Part shown: positions 41,335 to 51,661 of the stretch, piece by piece
Layout: each line of letters opens with the position of its first letter
Numbering within the stretch: position 1 is the first letter of the stretch
Assembly: GCA_963792175.1 (NCBI GenBank)
Contig: CAWBVG010000031.1
Coordinates: 153,815-217,814 of the forward strand
DNA: 64,000 bases
Reading direction: 5' to 3'
DNA from: an uncultured Acidobacteriota bacterium
GTDB lineage: Bacteria; Acidobacteriota; Vicinamibacteria; Vicinamibacterales; CAVVIG01
The notes under the pieces: model-generated
Told to the model about the DNA's origin: nothing
The model's input: only the letters and a program-made list of their open reading frames with translations
Databases searched by the model: none
Translations under genes and position numbers: made by a program

Positions 41335-44300
41335 AGAAAGTCGTAATGGGTCTCGTTGTTGCGCTGTGTTTGCTGCCGATCGGCCTCGCGGCCCAGGCGG
41401 TGACCGGCACCATCCTGGGAACCGTCACCGACACGTCCGGTGCTGCGGTCCCCGGCGCCACGGTCACGCTGACCAACCAGGGCACCGGCCTGACGCGCAG
41501 CATGGTCACCGACCAGGCGGGCGAATTCACCGCGCCGTCGCTGCCGACCGGCAAGTACAAGATCGTGGCGGAGCTGCCGGGCTTCAAGACGGCGACGCTG
41601 TCCGACATCGAGCTGACGGTCGACACGAAGGTTCGTGTGAACGCACGGCTGGAGGTCGGCACGGTTGCCGAAACCGTGACGGTCGCCGCCGCCTCGCCGC
41701 TCGTGCAGGTGGCGACGTCCGAGCTCGGCACGACGGTCCAGGAAGAGCAGATCAAGACGCTGCCGCTCAACGGCCGCAACTTCGTCAACCTGACGCGCAC
41801 CGTGCCGGGCGTGGTCCGCGGCATTCCGGGCGCGAACATCGACGGCGCGGGCAGTCTGGCGTGGCGCGCCTCCGCGTCGTTCTCGGCGAACGGACAGCGG
41901 CCGCGCGACAACAACTACATGCTCGACGGCGTGGACAACAACGAAACCTGGCTGCAGACCGTCGTGCTCTTCCCGAGCGTCGACGCCCTCGACGAGTTCA
42001 AGCTGCAGACCAGCACCTACTCGGCCGAGTTCGGCCGATCGCTCGGCGGCGTCGTGAACCTGCAGATCAAGTCGGGCACCAACACCCTGCATGGCAGCGC
42101 CTTCGAGTTCCTGCGCAACGACGCGTTCGACGCCAACAACTTCTTCAACAACCGCGCCGGCCGCGAGAAGCCGGACTTCAGCCAGCACCAGTACGGCGGC
42201 ACCATCGGCGGTCCGCTCGTCAAGGACAAGACCTTCTATTTCTTCGACTATCAGGGCTACAAGATCAACCAGGGCGCGACCTACCTGTCGACCGTGCCGT
42301 CGGCGAAGATGCGCGCCGGCGACTTCTCGGAACTCAACCGGGTCATCTTCGATCCGGTCTCGCATCTGCCGTTCCCGGGCAACGTGATTCCGCAGAGCCG
42401 CTGGGACCCGGTGGCGAAGAACATCCTCGGCCAGCTGATTCCTGAGTCGAACACCGCGGGCATTCTGGGTGCCACCGGACAGACGATCAACAACTACCTG
42501 ATCAATCCGACGCTCGAGCGCCAGGACAACCAGATCGACATCAAGGTCGATCACGCGCTCTCGTCGAACAACCGCCTCGCGACGCGGTACAGCTACGAGA
42601 AGACGCACCGGGTCCTGCCGGCGACGCTGCCGCACGGCGACGCCGGCTTCACCTTCGGCGCCGGCGACGGCAACATCAAGGCGCAGGGACTCTCGATGAA
42701 CGACACCCACACGTTCAACTCCAACTGGTTGAACGAGGTGCGCTTCGGCTGGAGCTCGATCAAGTTCCTGATGACGCCGGTCGACTACGGCACCAACATC
42801 GCGCAGAGCGTCGGCCTCAAGAACGTCAACCTCGGCGAGACGACGTCGGCGATGAGCCAGATCATGTTCAACAACGGCGGCATGCGGAACATCGGCGCCA
42901 ATGCCAACCAGCCGCTGATCACGAACCAGAACGACTTCCAGTTCTTCGACAACGTGACGCGCGTCGCCGGCAAGCACACGATGAAGGCCGGCGGCAGCCT
43001 GACGCTCCGCTCGCGGGAGATCCTCAACGCCGACACGATCGTCGGCCGGTTCGACTTCAACCAGAACCAGACGTCGAACTGCTCGGGTATCACGAGCGGC
43101 TGCACCATCCAGTCGAACACCGGGTTCGACCTCGCCAGCTTCATGCTCGGCTACGCGAGCAATGCCAGCCGGACGCTGTTCGACCCGGGCACCTACACGG
43201 AAACGCGGCCCGAGTACGCGATGTACTTCCAGGACGACATCCGCGTCACCAATCGCCTCACCGTGAATGCCGGTCTGCGGTGGGACGTCTACGTGCCGTG
43301 GATCGAGGTCGACAACAAGCAGTCGAACTTCGACGTCTCGACCGGCCGGTTCGTGGTCGCGTCCGACAACGCGACGATCAACGGCGTCGAGGTCGGGCGC
43401 TATCTCCAGACGTACTCGCGGCGCGACTTCGGTCCGCGTCTCGGCTTCGCCTACGACTTGGCGGGCGACGGCCGGACGATCGTCCGCGGCGGCTACGGCC
43501 TGTTCTGGAACTTCACGCCGGGCGGCACCTCGTCGTCGAAGGCGCAGAACCAGCCGTTCCTGCAGGCGCAGGCGAACACGACCAGCCTCGGCACGAACAT
43601 CCTGCTGGCGAACGGCCTCGACCCGGCGCCGGGCGTGCACCCCGAGTTGGCGCCGACCGGTTCGACGCGTTCGGCATTCCTGACCGACTTCCGCGACGCG
43701 CATGCCCATAACTTCAACGTCAACGTCCAGCGGCAGCTTGGCACCAACTACATGGTGGAAGCGGCCTATTCGGGCTCGCGCACGAAGGACGCGGCGCGAA
43801 GGTGGACCTCAATCAGGCGGTTCCGACGGTCGGCGTGACCGATCAGAACGTGAACCGACCGTTTGCGAAGGTGTCGCCGGCGCTGCGCACGGTCGGCGCG
43901 CTCTCGAGCACGGGCTATGTCGAGTACAACGGCCTGCTGCTCAAGTTCCAGCGCCGTTCGGCGAACCATATCTCGTTCATGAATTCGTACACGTTCGGCC
44001 GCGCCATCGACCTCAACTCCGACAACGATGGCACCGTCACGCTGACCGACATCTTCCATCCCGAGTACAACCGCGGACCGGCGGACTACGACGTGACGCA
44101 CACGCTCAGCTCGAACTGGATTTACGAGCTGCCGTGGGCGGCGCAGCACGCCGTGGGGCGGCTGGCAGGTGAGCGGGATCCTGTATCTGCGCTCGGGCCT
44201 GCCGATCACCATCACCCAGTCGCAGAGCATGCTGTCGACCGGCATCACGAACAACCGGCCGAACACGATTTGCGATCCGGTGTCGAGCAGCCCGACGATC

Positions 44301-44625
44301 GCGCAGTTCTTCAACACCTCCTGCTTCCAGCAGGTGGCCGACACCACCGGCACGTTCGGCAACACCGGCCGCAACTCGGTTCGCGGACCGGGGCAGTTCA
44401 ACATCGACGCGTCGGTCATCAAGAACACCAAGATCGGGCCGGTGGCCTCCGAGTTCCGACTCGAGGTGTTCAACCTGCTGAATCATCCGCAGTTCGCGAA
44501 CCCGAACGCGACAGTTCGGCAACTCGGCGTTCGGCACGATCTCGGCGATGCTGGCGAGCCCGTCGTGCGCGCTGTGCGGCACGACCGAGCGTCAGATGCA
44601 GGTGGCGGTCAAGCTGAAGTTCTAA
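41331..44625 (+). CDS. TonB-dependent receptor with N-terminal carboxypeptidase-regulatory-like domain (about 1100 aa), 2 frameshifts
   Basis: Signal peptide, then TGTILGTVTDTSGAAVPGATVTLTN...KYKIVAELPGFK (CarboxypepD_reg), a plug and barrel. Later frames end ...QVAVKLKF* with the terminal Phe. Confidence 0.8.
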
Positions 44626-44728
44626 GGTTCTAGGGTTCGTAGGGTTCGTAAAGTTCTCGACGCGAGAACCTGGACCCTGGAACCCGTGAACTCTAGAACC
44701 CGAGAACTCTAGAACCCTTGAACCCTGT
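44626..44728. repeat. unit palindrome ((GGGTTCKTA)n ... (TAGAACCC)n) between the TonB receptor and the Gfo/Idh/MocA gene
   Basis: ggttctagggttcgtagggttcgtaaagttctcgacgcgagaacctggaccctggaacccgtgaactctagaacccgagaactctagaaccc. Confidence 0.7.
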
Positions 44729-45698
44729 TCGTTGGGGCCTGATCGGCGCCGGCGACATCGTCCGTAGACGAGTGGCGCCGGCGCTGATCGATTCTCCTGC
44801 CTGCGACATCGTGGCCGTCAGCCGGGGACGCCCCGAGCTGGCGGCGGCGTTTGCCGCCGACATCGGCGCCCGCCGATGGTATTCCCGCTGGCAGGAGCTC
44901 GTCGCGGATCCTGACGTGGACTGCGTCTACGTCGCGACGCCGGTGGACGTCCATGCGGCGCAGACGATCGCGGCCGCCGAAGCCGGCAAACACGTCCTGT
45001 GCGAAAAGCCGATGGCGATGACCACGGCGGAATGCGATCGCATGATCGCGGCCTGCCGCGCCCACCACGTCCGGCTGGGCATCGCCTATTACCGTCATTT
45101 CTATCCCGTGATCCTGCGTGTCAAGGCGCTGCTGGAGTCCGGCGACATCGGTCAACCGGTCTTCGCGCAGGTGAACGCCTTCGAGTATTTCGATCCCGCG
45201 CCGGACCACCCACGCCGATGGCTGCTGGATCCGGCCCGGGCCGGCGGCGGGCCGATGATGGACTTCGGCTGCCACCGCCTGGAAGTGCTGATGCACCTGT
45301 TCGGCGCGGTACGCCGGACGGCCGCCGTCACCGCCAACGTGGTGTTCGATCGCGCGGTCGAGGACACCGCCGCGGTGCTGCTCCAGTTCGAGGGCGGGCC
45401 GTGTGCGGCCGTGACGGTCACGCACGCGGCCGAAGAACGGCAGGACACGCTGCAGGTGTTCGGCACGCGCGGATCGCTCCACGTCGACGAGTTGAACGCC
45501 GGCTCGCTCCGGATCCGCACGGGCAATCAATCGCGGGTAGAATCGCATCCGCCCGCGGCAAACATCCATCGGCCGCTCATCGACGACTTCGTCGAGGCCC
45601 TGCTGACGGACCGGGAACCGGCGGTGACCGGCGAAATCGGGCGAGCCGTCGCCGCCATCGAGGACGAGATTTATGCTGTCGCGCCGTCAGGCCGTTAA
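44718..45698 (+). CDS. Gfo/Idh/MocA-family NAD(P)-dependent oxidoreductase
   Basis: RWGLIGAGDIVRRRVAPAL Rossmann segment and EKP motif (HVLCEKPMA). Confidence 0.85.
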   Translation: MNPVRWGLIGAGDIVRRRVAPALIDSPACDIVAVSRGRPELAAAFAADIGARRWYSRWQELVADPDVDCVYVATPVDVHAAQTIAAAEAGKHVLCEKPMAMTTAECDRMIAACRAHHVRLGIAYYRHFYPVILRVKALLESGDIGQPVFAQVNAFEYFDPAPDHPRRWLLDPARAGGGPMMDFGCHRLEVLMHLFGAVRRTAAVTANVVFDRAVEDTAAVLLQFEGGPCAAVTVTHAAEERQDTLQVFGTRGSLHVDELNAGSLRIRTGNQSRVESHPPAANIHRPLIDDFVEALLTDREPAVTGEIGRAVAAIEDEIYAVAPSGR

Positions 45699-46782
45699 GG
45701 CTCTAGGCATCCTGGGCGGAGCGGTCGTCACCGGGCGCGCGGGCTCGGCGCAGACGCCGCAAGCACCGCCGAGCACGATCACCAATCCCCCCAGGGACTT
45801 CGGTCCCAACGCCCCGCCGACCACCTACTTCACCGATCCCGACGTGCTGACCGTCGATCCGGCGTTCGGCAACCTGGTGCAGGCGAACTCGGCGATCAAG
45901 CGGCTGTGGACCGGCGCGCTGTGGGCCGAGGGGCCCGCCTGGAGCAGCCAGGGGCGGTATCTGGTCTGGAGCGACATCCCGAACAACCGCCAGCTGCGCT
46001 GGCTCGACGACGACGAGCGGGTGACGGTGTTCCGCAGCCCGTCCAACAACTCCAACGGCAACACCTTCGATTTCGCCGGCCGCCAGCTCTCGTGCGAGCA
46101 CCTGACGCGCCGCGTCGTCCGCTACGAACACGACGGATCGACGACGGTGATCGCGGAGTCGTACAACGGCAAGCGGCTCAACTCGCCGAACGACGTCGCC
46201 GCGCACCCGGATGGCAGCTACTGGTTCACCGATCCGCCGTACGGACGGAGTCTGTACGAGGGGCGTCCCGAGAAGCGCGAGCTCCCGACGGCGGTTTATC
46301 GCGCGGATGGCAAGGGCGGGCTGACGCAAGTCGTGGCCGAAGAACAGGTGCCCGATCCCAACGGCATTGCGTTTTCGCCGGACTACAAGAAGCTGTACGT
46401 CGTGAGCACCGGGCGCGGTCCGGGCGATGCCGGGCCGGGCGGCAAGAGCAATGTGTTCGTCTTCGATGTGACCGCCGACAACCGGACGGCGAACGGGCGC
46501 GTCTTTTCGGAGTTCATGATCGACGGCGTCAAGTGTGGGCCCGACGGCGTGCGCTGCGACGTGGACGGCAATGTCTGGTGTTCGAGCAACGCCGGCCGCG
46601 CCGTCGGCTACAGCGGCGTGACCGTCTGGACGCCGCAGGGCAAACTGATCGGCCGCATCCGTCTGCCCGAAGTTTGCGGCAACCTGTGCTTCGGAGGGCC
46701 GAAGCGCAATCGTCTGTTCATGGCGGCGAGCCAATCGATTTACGCGGTGTACATAAATACCCAGGGCGCCGGCCCCGGTTAG
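45673..46782 (+). CDS. SMP-30/gluconolactonase/LRE-family lactonase, Tat-exported
   Basis: MLSRRQAVKALGILGGAVVTG Tat leader; beta-propeller blades with NSPNDVAAHPDGSYWFTDP. Confidence 0.8.
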   Translation: MLSRRQAVKALGILGGAVVTGRAGSAQTPQAPPSTITNPPRDFGPNAPPTTYFTDPDVLTVDPAFGNLVQANSAIKRLWTGALWAEGPAWSSQGRYLVWSDIPNNRQLRWLDDDERVTVFRSPSNNSNGNTFDFAGRQLSCEHLTRRVVRYEHDGSTTVIAESYNGKRLNSPNDVAAHPDGSYWFTDPPYGRSLYEGRPEKRELPTAVYRADGKGGLTQVVAEEQVPDPNGIAFSPDYKKLYVVSTGRGPGDAGPGGKSNVFVFDVTADNRTANGRVFSEFMIDGVKCGPDGVRCDVDGNVWCSSNAGRAVGYSGVTVWTPQGKLIGRIRLPEVCGNLCFGGPKRNRLFMAASQSIYAVYINTQGAGPG

Positions 46783-46883
46783 CGGCGCCCGCCCCGGCGC
46801 TGAGCGTGCCGACGACAATCGGCCACAGAGACACAGAGACACGGAGCTGCCGATTCGACGGCGCGCCGCGAAGCGGCGCGGTC

Positions 46884-46950
46884 GGCCGAAAACGGTTCAC
46901 GGAAACGAACCGCCTGAACGAGCACCGCGGCTCGTTTCCGTGAATCGTTT
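46884..46950. promoter_or_regulatory. 11-bp perfect inverted repeat (cacggaaacga ... tcgtttccgtg) with a third cgtttccg half-site, in the lactonase-aldolase intergenic region
   Basis: ttcacggaaacgaaccgcctgaacgagcaccgcggctcgtttccgtgaatcgtttccggccg. Confidence 0.4.
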
Positions 46951-47196
46951 CCGGCCGCTCGATGGGCCTGCTCCGCAGGCCCACGCCGTCGAATCGGTGG
47001 TCTTGGTCCCGGTGGGCTCAGCGCCTCACAGAGCCCAAGTCCATGTTACGGCGAGCGAAGACGGTCCTGCCGCGCCGAAGCTTCCGGTATTGCAGCAAGC
47101 GAAAGCGAATGCTAGTGTTCGCTCGTCTCGGCCTGGCCCGCCGAAGCGCGGAGCGCGAAGGCGGCTGACTCTGTGGCCAACGCAAGGAGAGCGACC

Positions 47197-48126
47197 ATGA
47201 AACGTTGGATTGTCGCCGTAGCAACCGTGATCGGGTGTGTCGCCGTGGCCGGCATGCAGGCGCAGCCCGCCAAGGGGAAGCGCATCAACCGGGCGATCGA
47301 GTTGCTGGAGCAAGGGCAGCCGATCTACTACACCGGGTCGCATGAGGGCACCGACGGCAACTTCGATCAGGGCGTCAAAGACGCGCAGACCTACGCCGAC
47401 TACATCAGCTACGACATGGAGCACGCGCCGTTCGACGTCAAGGGACTCTCGGACTACATGCGCGGCCTCGCGAAAGGCGGGCCGACGAAGAGCGGCCATA
47501 AGACGCCTGCCGTCATCGTCAACGTGCCGGTGAACGGCATCGACGAAGCGTCCGTCCGCGCCAACGCATGGATGTTCCAGCAGGTGCTTGCAACCGGCGT
47601 CCACGGCATCCTGCTGTGCCACGCCGATGCGCCCGGAGCGGTGCGCGCGTTCGTCGAAGCGGTGCGGTTCCCGGCGAACGGCGGCCGCCGCGGCGTCCAC
47701 GGCAACCCGACCGCCGCCCGCATCTGGGGCGTGACGCCCGATGAGTACGCGGAGAAGGCCGACGTGTGGCCGCTCAATCCGAAAGGCGAGCTGCTGCTGG
47801 GCCTGAAGCTCGAAGACAAGTACGCGCTCGAGAACGCCGAGGCCAACGCGAAGATCCCTGGCGTCGCGTTCGCGGAATGGGGACCTGGCGACATGGCGTT
47901 CTCGCTCGGTGTCAAGAGCGGACCCAACTCTGTGAACGATCCCCTGATGAAGGCCGCGCGCGCGAGGGTCCTCGCCGCGACGAAAGCCAGCAAGATTTTC
48001 TTCCTCAACTCGATGAACGCTGACAACGTCGTCGACATGATCAAGGAAGGCGTCATGGTCGGTCCGGCCAGTCAGCAGGCCGCCGAGATCGGCCGCAAGT
48101 ACACCAAGCGCACGATGCCATGGTAA
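47197..48126 (+). CDS. HpcH/HpaI aldolase-family protein (2-keto-3-deoxy-sugar-acid aldolase-like)
   Basis: IYYTG...DYISYDMEHAP and VNVPV...LLCHADAPG, typical of the family. The N-terminus is hydrophobic; an alternative start lies at MQAQPAKG. Confidence 0.65.
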   Translation: MKRWIVAVATVIGCVAVAGMQAQPAKGKRINRAIELLEQGQPIYYTGSHEGTDGNFDQGVKDAQTYADYISYDMEHAPFDVKGLSDYMRGLAKGGPTKSGHKTPAVIVNVPVNGIDEASVRANAWMFQQVLATGVHGILLCHADAPGAVRAFVEAVRFPANGGRRGVHGNPTAARIWGVTPDEYAEKADVWPLNPKGELLLGLKLEDKYALENAEANAKIPGVAFAEWGPGDMAFSLGVKSGPNSVNDPLMKAARARVLAATKASKIFFLNSMNADNVVDMIKEGVMVGPASQQAAEIGRKYTKRTMPW

Positions 48127-48135
48127 GGCGTCGCT

Positions 48136-48222
48136 GAGGGGACTGGGGGACTAGGGGACTCAGGGACTGGGGGACTAGTCCCCACGTTCTTAGTCCCCAG
48201 GTCCCTTAGTCCCCAAGTCCCC
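48136..48222. repeat. G-rich unit palindrome ((GGGGACTR)n ... (TAGTCCCC)n) between convergent genes
   Basis: gaggggactgggggactaggggactcagggactgggggactag|tccccacgttcttagtccccaggtcccttagtccccaagtcccc. Confidence 0.75.
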
Positions 48223-48251
48223 ACTCGAGCAGCTCGGGCACTGCGTCCGCC

Positions 48252-49205
48252 TCACGAATGACGGCGCAGGTACTCGACCTCCACTCGGCTCTTCGCGGGA
48301 ATCCAACGATAGGTGGGGACGTCGAAGAGCCGCCCACGGTCGATCATCGCGCGGCGTGACTCCGGCATCGGCGACACGCCGAATTCCATCCCGCAGGTGA
48401 GCGTCGCGCCGTTCCATGGCGCGTGCGTGCGGCTGTAGTTCTCCTGCCAGATGCCAAGCCACGGAAAATCGCGCCGCTTCCAGATGTAGCCGAACGCGAG
48501 CCGGGCCGCCGGGGCAAAGGCGACGAAAAACGCTTCCTCGCGCGTCTGGTCCATCAGGTGCGCGGTGTACGCATTCGAGTGCGGCGCATCGGTGTAACGG
48601 CGCAGGTCGCCGGTGCCGCCGTCCGTCCGTGGCGCCAACGGCCAGTCGAAGACGCGGCCGGCGGCCAGGTCGTCATGCGCGCCGAACACCTGCTCGAAGA
48701 CCTTCGACCGCGTCGCGGACACGCGAAACTCGGTGATGCCCTTCTGAAGAAACGGCGGGCCGAGTGTGACGTGCTGGGTCCAGCCGATCGGCCGATCGCA
48801 CGCGGTGAGATTCTCGACGGCTTCGCTGATCGCAAGGACGCGGCCGCGGAGGACGAGCCGGCGGTCGATCTCAAGCTGGGCGAGCGGGAGATGCGCGTGC
48901 ATCGCGATCGAATGGCGGTCCCGGTCGGCGTCGATGTCGTACCGCACGAGGGAGGCTTCGCCGTGTGGCGTCAAGCCTGCCGCCGCCTCTTCCTCCGACG
49001 GTCCGCCGAAGATGTCGACACAGAGGTTGTGACCCATGAGACCGGCGAGCAGCGCCGCTTCGGCGCTGGTCCCGTAGTCGGGATGCGCGGATGGCGCGTA
49101 GGTCGAGGGCTCGATCGAGGGCCACGGCGGCGTCCACAGCGGGTTGAGTCCCGAACGCTTGTCGAGGATCTCCGCGATGTGTCCGCCCTCCTCGAGAACC
49201 GTCAC
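48252..49205 (-). CDS. hypothetical protein (full-length ORF)
   Basis: 317-aa ORF with no obvious motif. It is convergent with the aldolase gene. Confidence 0.4.
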   Translation of the reverse strand: MTVLEEGGHIAEILDKRSGLNPLWTPPWPSIEPSTYAPSAHPDYGTSAEAALLAGLMGHNLCVDIFGGPSEEEAAAGLTPHGEASLVRYDIDADRDRHSIAMHAHLPLAQLEIDRRLVLRGRVLAISEAVENLTACDRPIGWTQHVTLGPPFLQKGITEFRVSATRSKVFEQVFGAHDDLAAGRVFDWPLAPRTDGGTGDLRRYTDAPHSNAYTAHLMDQTREEAFFVAFAPAARLAFGYIWKRRDFPWLGIWQENYSRTHAPWNGATLTCGMEFGVSPMPESRRAMIDRGRLFDVPTYRWIPAKSRVEVEYLRRHS

Positions 49206-49365
49206 CCGGACGTCGTCGTTCTCGATGACGTCGCGGCTCGTCGTCCCCGATAGCTGTGGGAGCGGGCATGGTCGGTATTATGTGTTCTCTTCGTGGCTTC
49301 GTGCGTTCATGGTCCCTGCACGTGGAACTGGCGTCTCGCGCTATCATGCTGCCTCCAAACCATGC

Positions 49366-50600
49366 TGAATCGCGCCACAGTTCAGGAAGCCATTGACGCC
49401 GGCGCCGGCGTCCTCCGACTCGAGCCCTCGTGGGTGCCGCGCACCTTCATGCTGCCGGGACGGCGGCTCAAGCTCCACCCCGACGACATCTATGCGCTCG
49501 GCGGCCATCGCGGCGGCATCAACGAGCGGTGGTTTTCGTCAACGACCAACGCCGACAACGGCCCCGGGACGCCCGCGGACGAAGGCCTCAGCTATGTGAG
49601 GCTGGGTAGCGGCGGGCGATTCCTGCTGAAGGAGGCGGTCGGCACCGCGGGCGATCTGCTCATCGGATCCGACGTGATGCAGCGCGAGGGCGGATGGAAC
49701 CTGCTCTGCAAGTTCTTCGACAACCTCGGACCGATTCCTCACCACATGCACCAGAGTGAGGAGGACGCGAAGAGAGTCGGCCGCCGTGGCAAGCCGGAGG
49801 CGTATTACTTTCCGCCGCAGTACAACCAGCTCGAGAACCATTTTCCGTACACGTTCATGGGGCTCGAGCCGGGCACGACCAAGGCGGACGTGCGCCGCTG
49901 CCTGGAAGCCTGGAACAAAGGGGACAACGGCATTCTCTACTTGTCGCGCGCGTTCAAGCTGCAGGTCGGGACCGGATGGCAAATCGATCCCGGCATCCTG
50001 CACGCCCCGGGCTCGCTCGTCACCTACGAGCCGCAGGTGAATAGCGACGTGTTTGCGATGTTCCAGTCCGAAGTCGAAGGGCGCATCATCGATTGGAGCC
50101 TGCTGACGAAGGACGTGCCCGCCGATCGTCACCACGATCTGGACTACATCATCGGCATGCTCGATTGGGACGCGAATGTGAATCCCGAGTTCGCGCGCTC
50201 GAATCGGGTGTTCCCGACACCGGTGCGTCCGACGGCCGAAACCGAAGCAGACGGCTATCGCGAACAGTGGATCTGTTACGGGACGGGTACTGCTCGGCGA
50301 AAGAGCTGACCGTGCTGCCGGGGCGGACGGCGACCATCCGTGACGCCGCCGCCTACGGCCTGATCCTCACGCAAGGCCACGGCAGGTTCGGCTCTCACAG
50401 CGTCGCGACGCCGTCGATGATCAGGTTCGGACAGATGACGGAGGACGAGCTGTTCGTCACGAAAGACGCTGCGCTAGCGGGCGTTCGCATCGAGAACACG
50501 AGCGCGACGGATCCGCTGGTCATCCTCAAGCATTTTGGCCCCGGCAACCCGGACGCCGAGCGTTTCGCGCGGCTCGCCGGCGGTAGCGCTAGCGCGGAGG
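49366..50600 (+). CDS. sugar-isomerase/cupin-like hypothetical protein, frameshifted; 3' end undefined
   Basis: ORF 49293..50309 continues in the ORF 50093 frame ([30 protein letters not shown] looks like a cupin beta-strand region). It runs without a stop into the next gene. Confidence 0.35.
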
Positions 50601-50605
50601 TATCG

Positions 50606-51660
50606 ATGGCAGATGCGTCGACGAAAAGGTTTCCCGCCTTACACAACGCGATGTGGCCCGGGCTGGTGGGGAAGGGGCCCGACTCGGAGCCGGCGATCGA
50701 CCTCGACACGATGCTGGACCTGACCGCGAACGCGTCGGTCGACGGCGTGACGTTCGACGGTGTGGACCTCTTCCTGTTCGATCCACACGTCAGCATCGAC
50801 GCGAGCGACGACGACCTGAAGCGGCTCGTCGGATCGGATCCGCGCGCGGAATCTGCTCGTCGGCTCGCTGGTTGCGCCGGTCTGGCCGCCGACCGGCGGC
50901 GGCTCGGCGATGGGAGACGCCGACGAACGCCGTCAGTTCGTGACGCAGGTCAGGAAGGCCTGTCGGATTGGCGCCAAGCTTCGTGCGTCGGGCATCAGGA
51001 ACACCGGCGTCGTCCGCATCGACTCCGCCTCGAGTCCAGCGGAGTGGGCGAAGGATCCGGCCGGCAACACCAAGAAGATCGCCGACACCTTCCGCGAGGC
51101 GTGCACGGTCGCTGAAGAGTTCGGCGAACGCCTCGCCGCGGAAGGAGAGATCTGCTGGGGCGGCATGCACAGCTGGAAGCGGAACCTCGAGCTGCTCGAG
51201 CAGGTCAACCGTCCGCGGACGCTCGGCTTCCAGGCCGACATGGCCCACACGCTGTTGTTCACACTCGGCTACAACGCGCCCGAAGATCGTCTGCTGCCGC
51301 AGCATTTCGACTGGCGGCGCGGCGACACGCTGGACGATGCGCTGGAGAGGATGACCCGGGCGCTGCGGCCCTGGACCAATCGATTTCCACGTGGCCCAGA
51401 ACGACGCGACCGTCAAGGGGTCGGGGTCGCACGACAAGACCGGCCGTCATTGCCTGCCGACCGATCCCAACGGCAAGCTGGATATCGCCCGCCACGCCGG
51501 CTACTGGATGCGCGACGAAGCCGGCACGCCCACGCGCGCCTTCGCGCACATCTGCTGGGATGGCTGCATGTTCCCGAATGCGACCATGATGCAGCCCGAT
51601 ACCTGGACGGCAGTCCTGAAGACGATGATCGCGGTGCGCGACGCCCACGGCTGGAACTGA
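50606..51660 (+). CDS. xylose-isomerase-like TIM-barrel (sugar phosphate isomerase/epimerase family) protein, copy 1, 2 frameshifts
   Basis: [24 protein letters not shown]...[13 protein letters not shown]; [11 protein letters not shown]; [11 protein letters not shown]; [11 protein letters not shown]. Paralog of 57130..58179 with about 75% aa identity by eye. Confidence 0.75.
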
Positions 51661-51661
51661 C

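Noticed and set aside
40459-43709. Long minus-strand ORFs (227 aa and 856 aa)
   Set aside because: Antisense to the IclR and TonB-receptor genes. Composition is Arg/Val/Asp-rich with no motifs.
47197-47290. Signal peptide on the HpcH/HpaI aldolase
   Set aside because: A downstream in-frame start (MQAQPAKG) gives a conventional cytoplasmic N-terminus. The hydrophobic leader is probably 5' UTR translated by the ORF caller.
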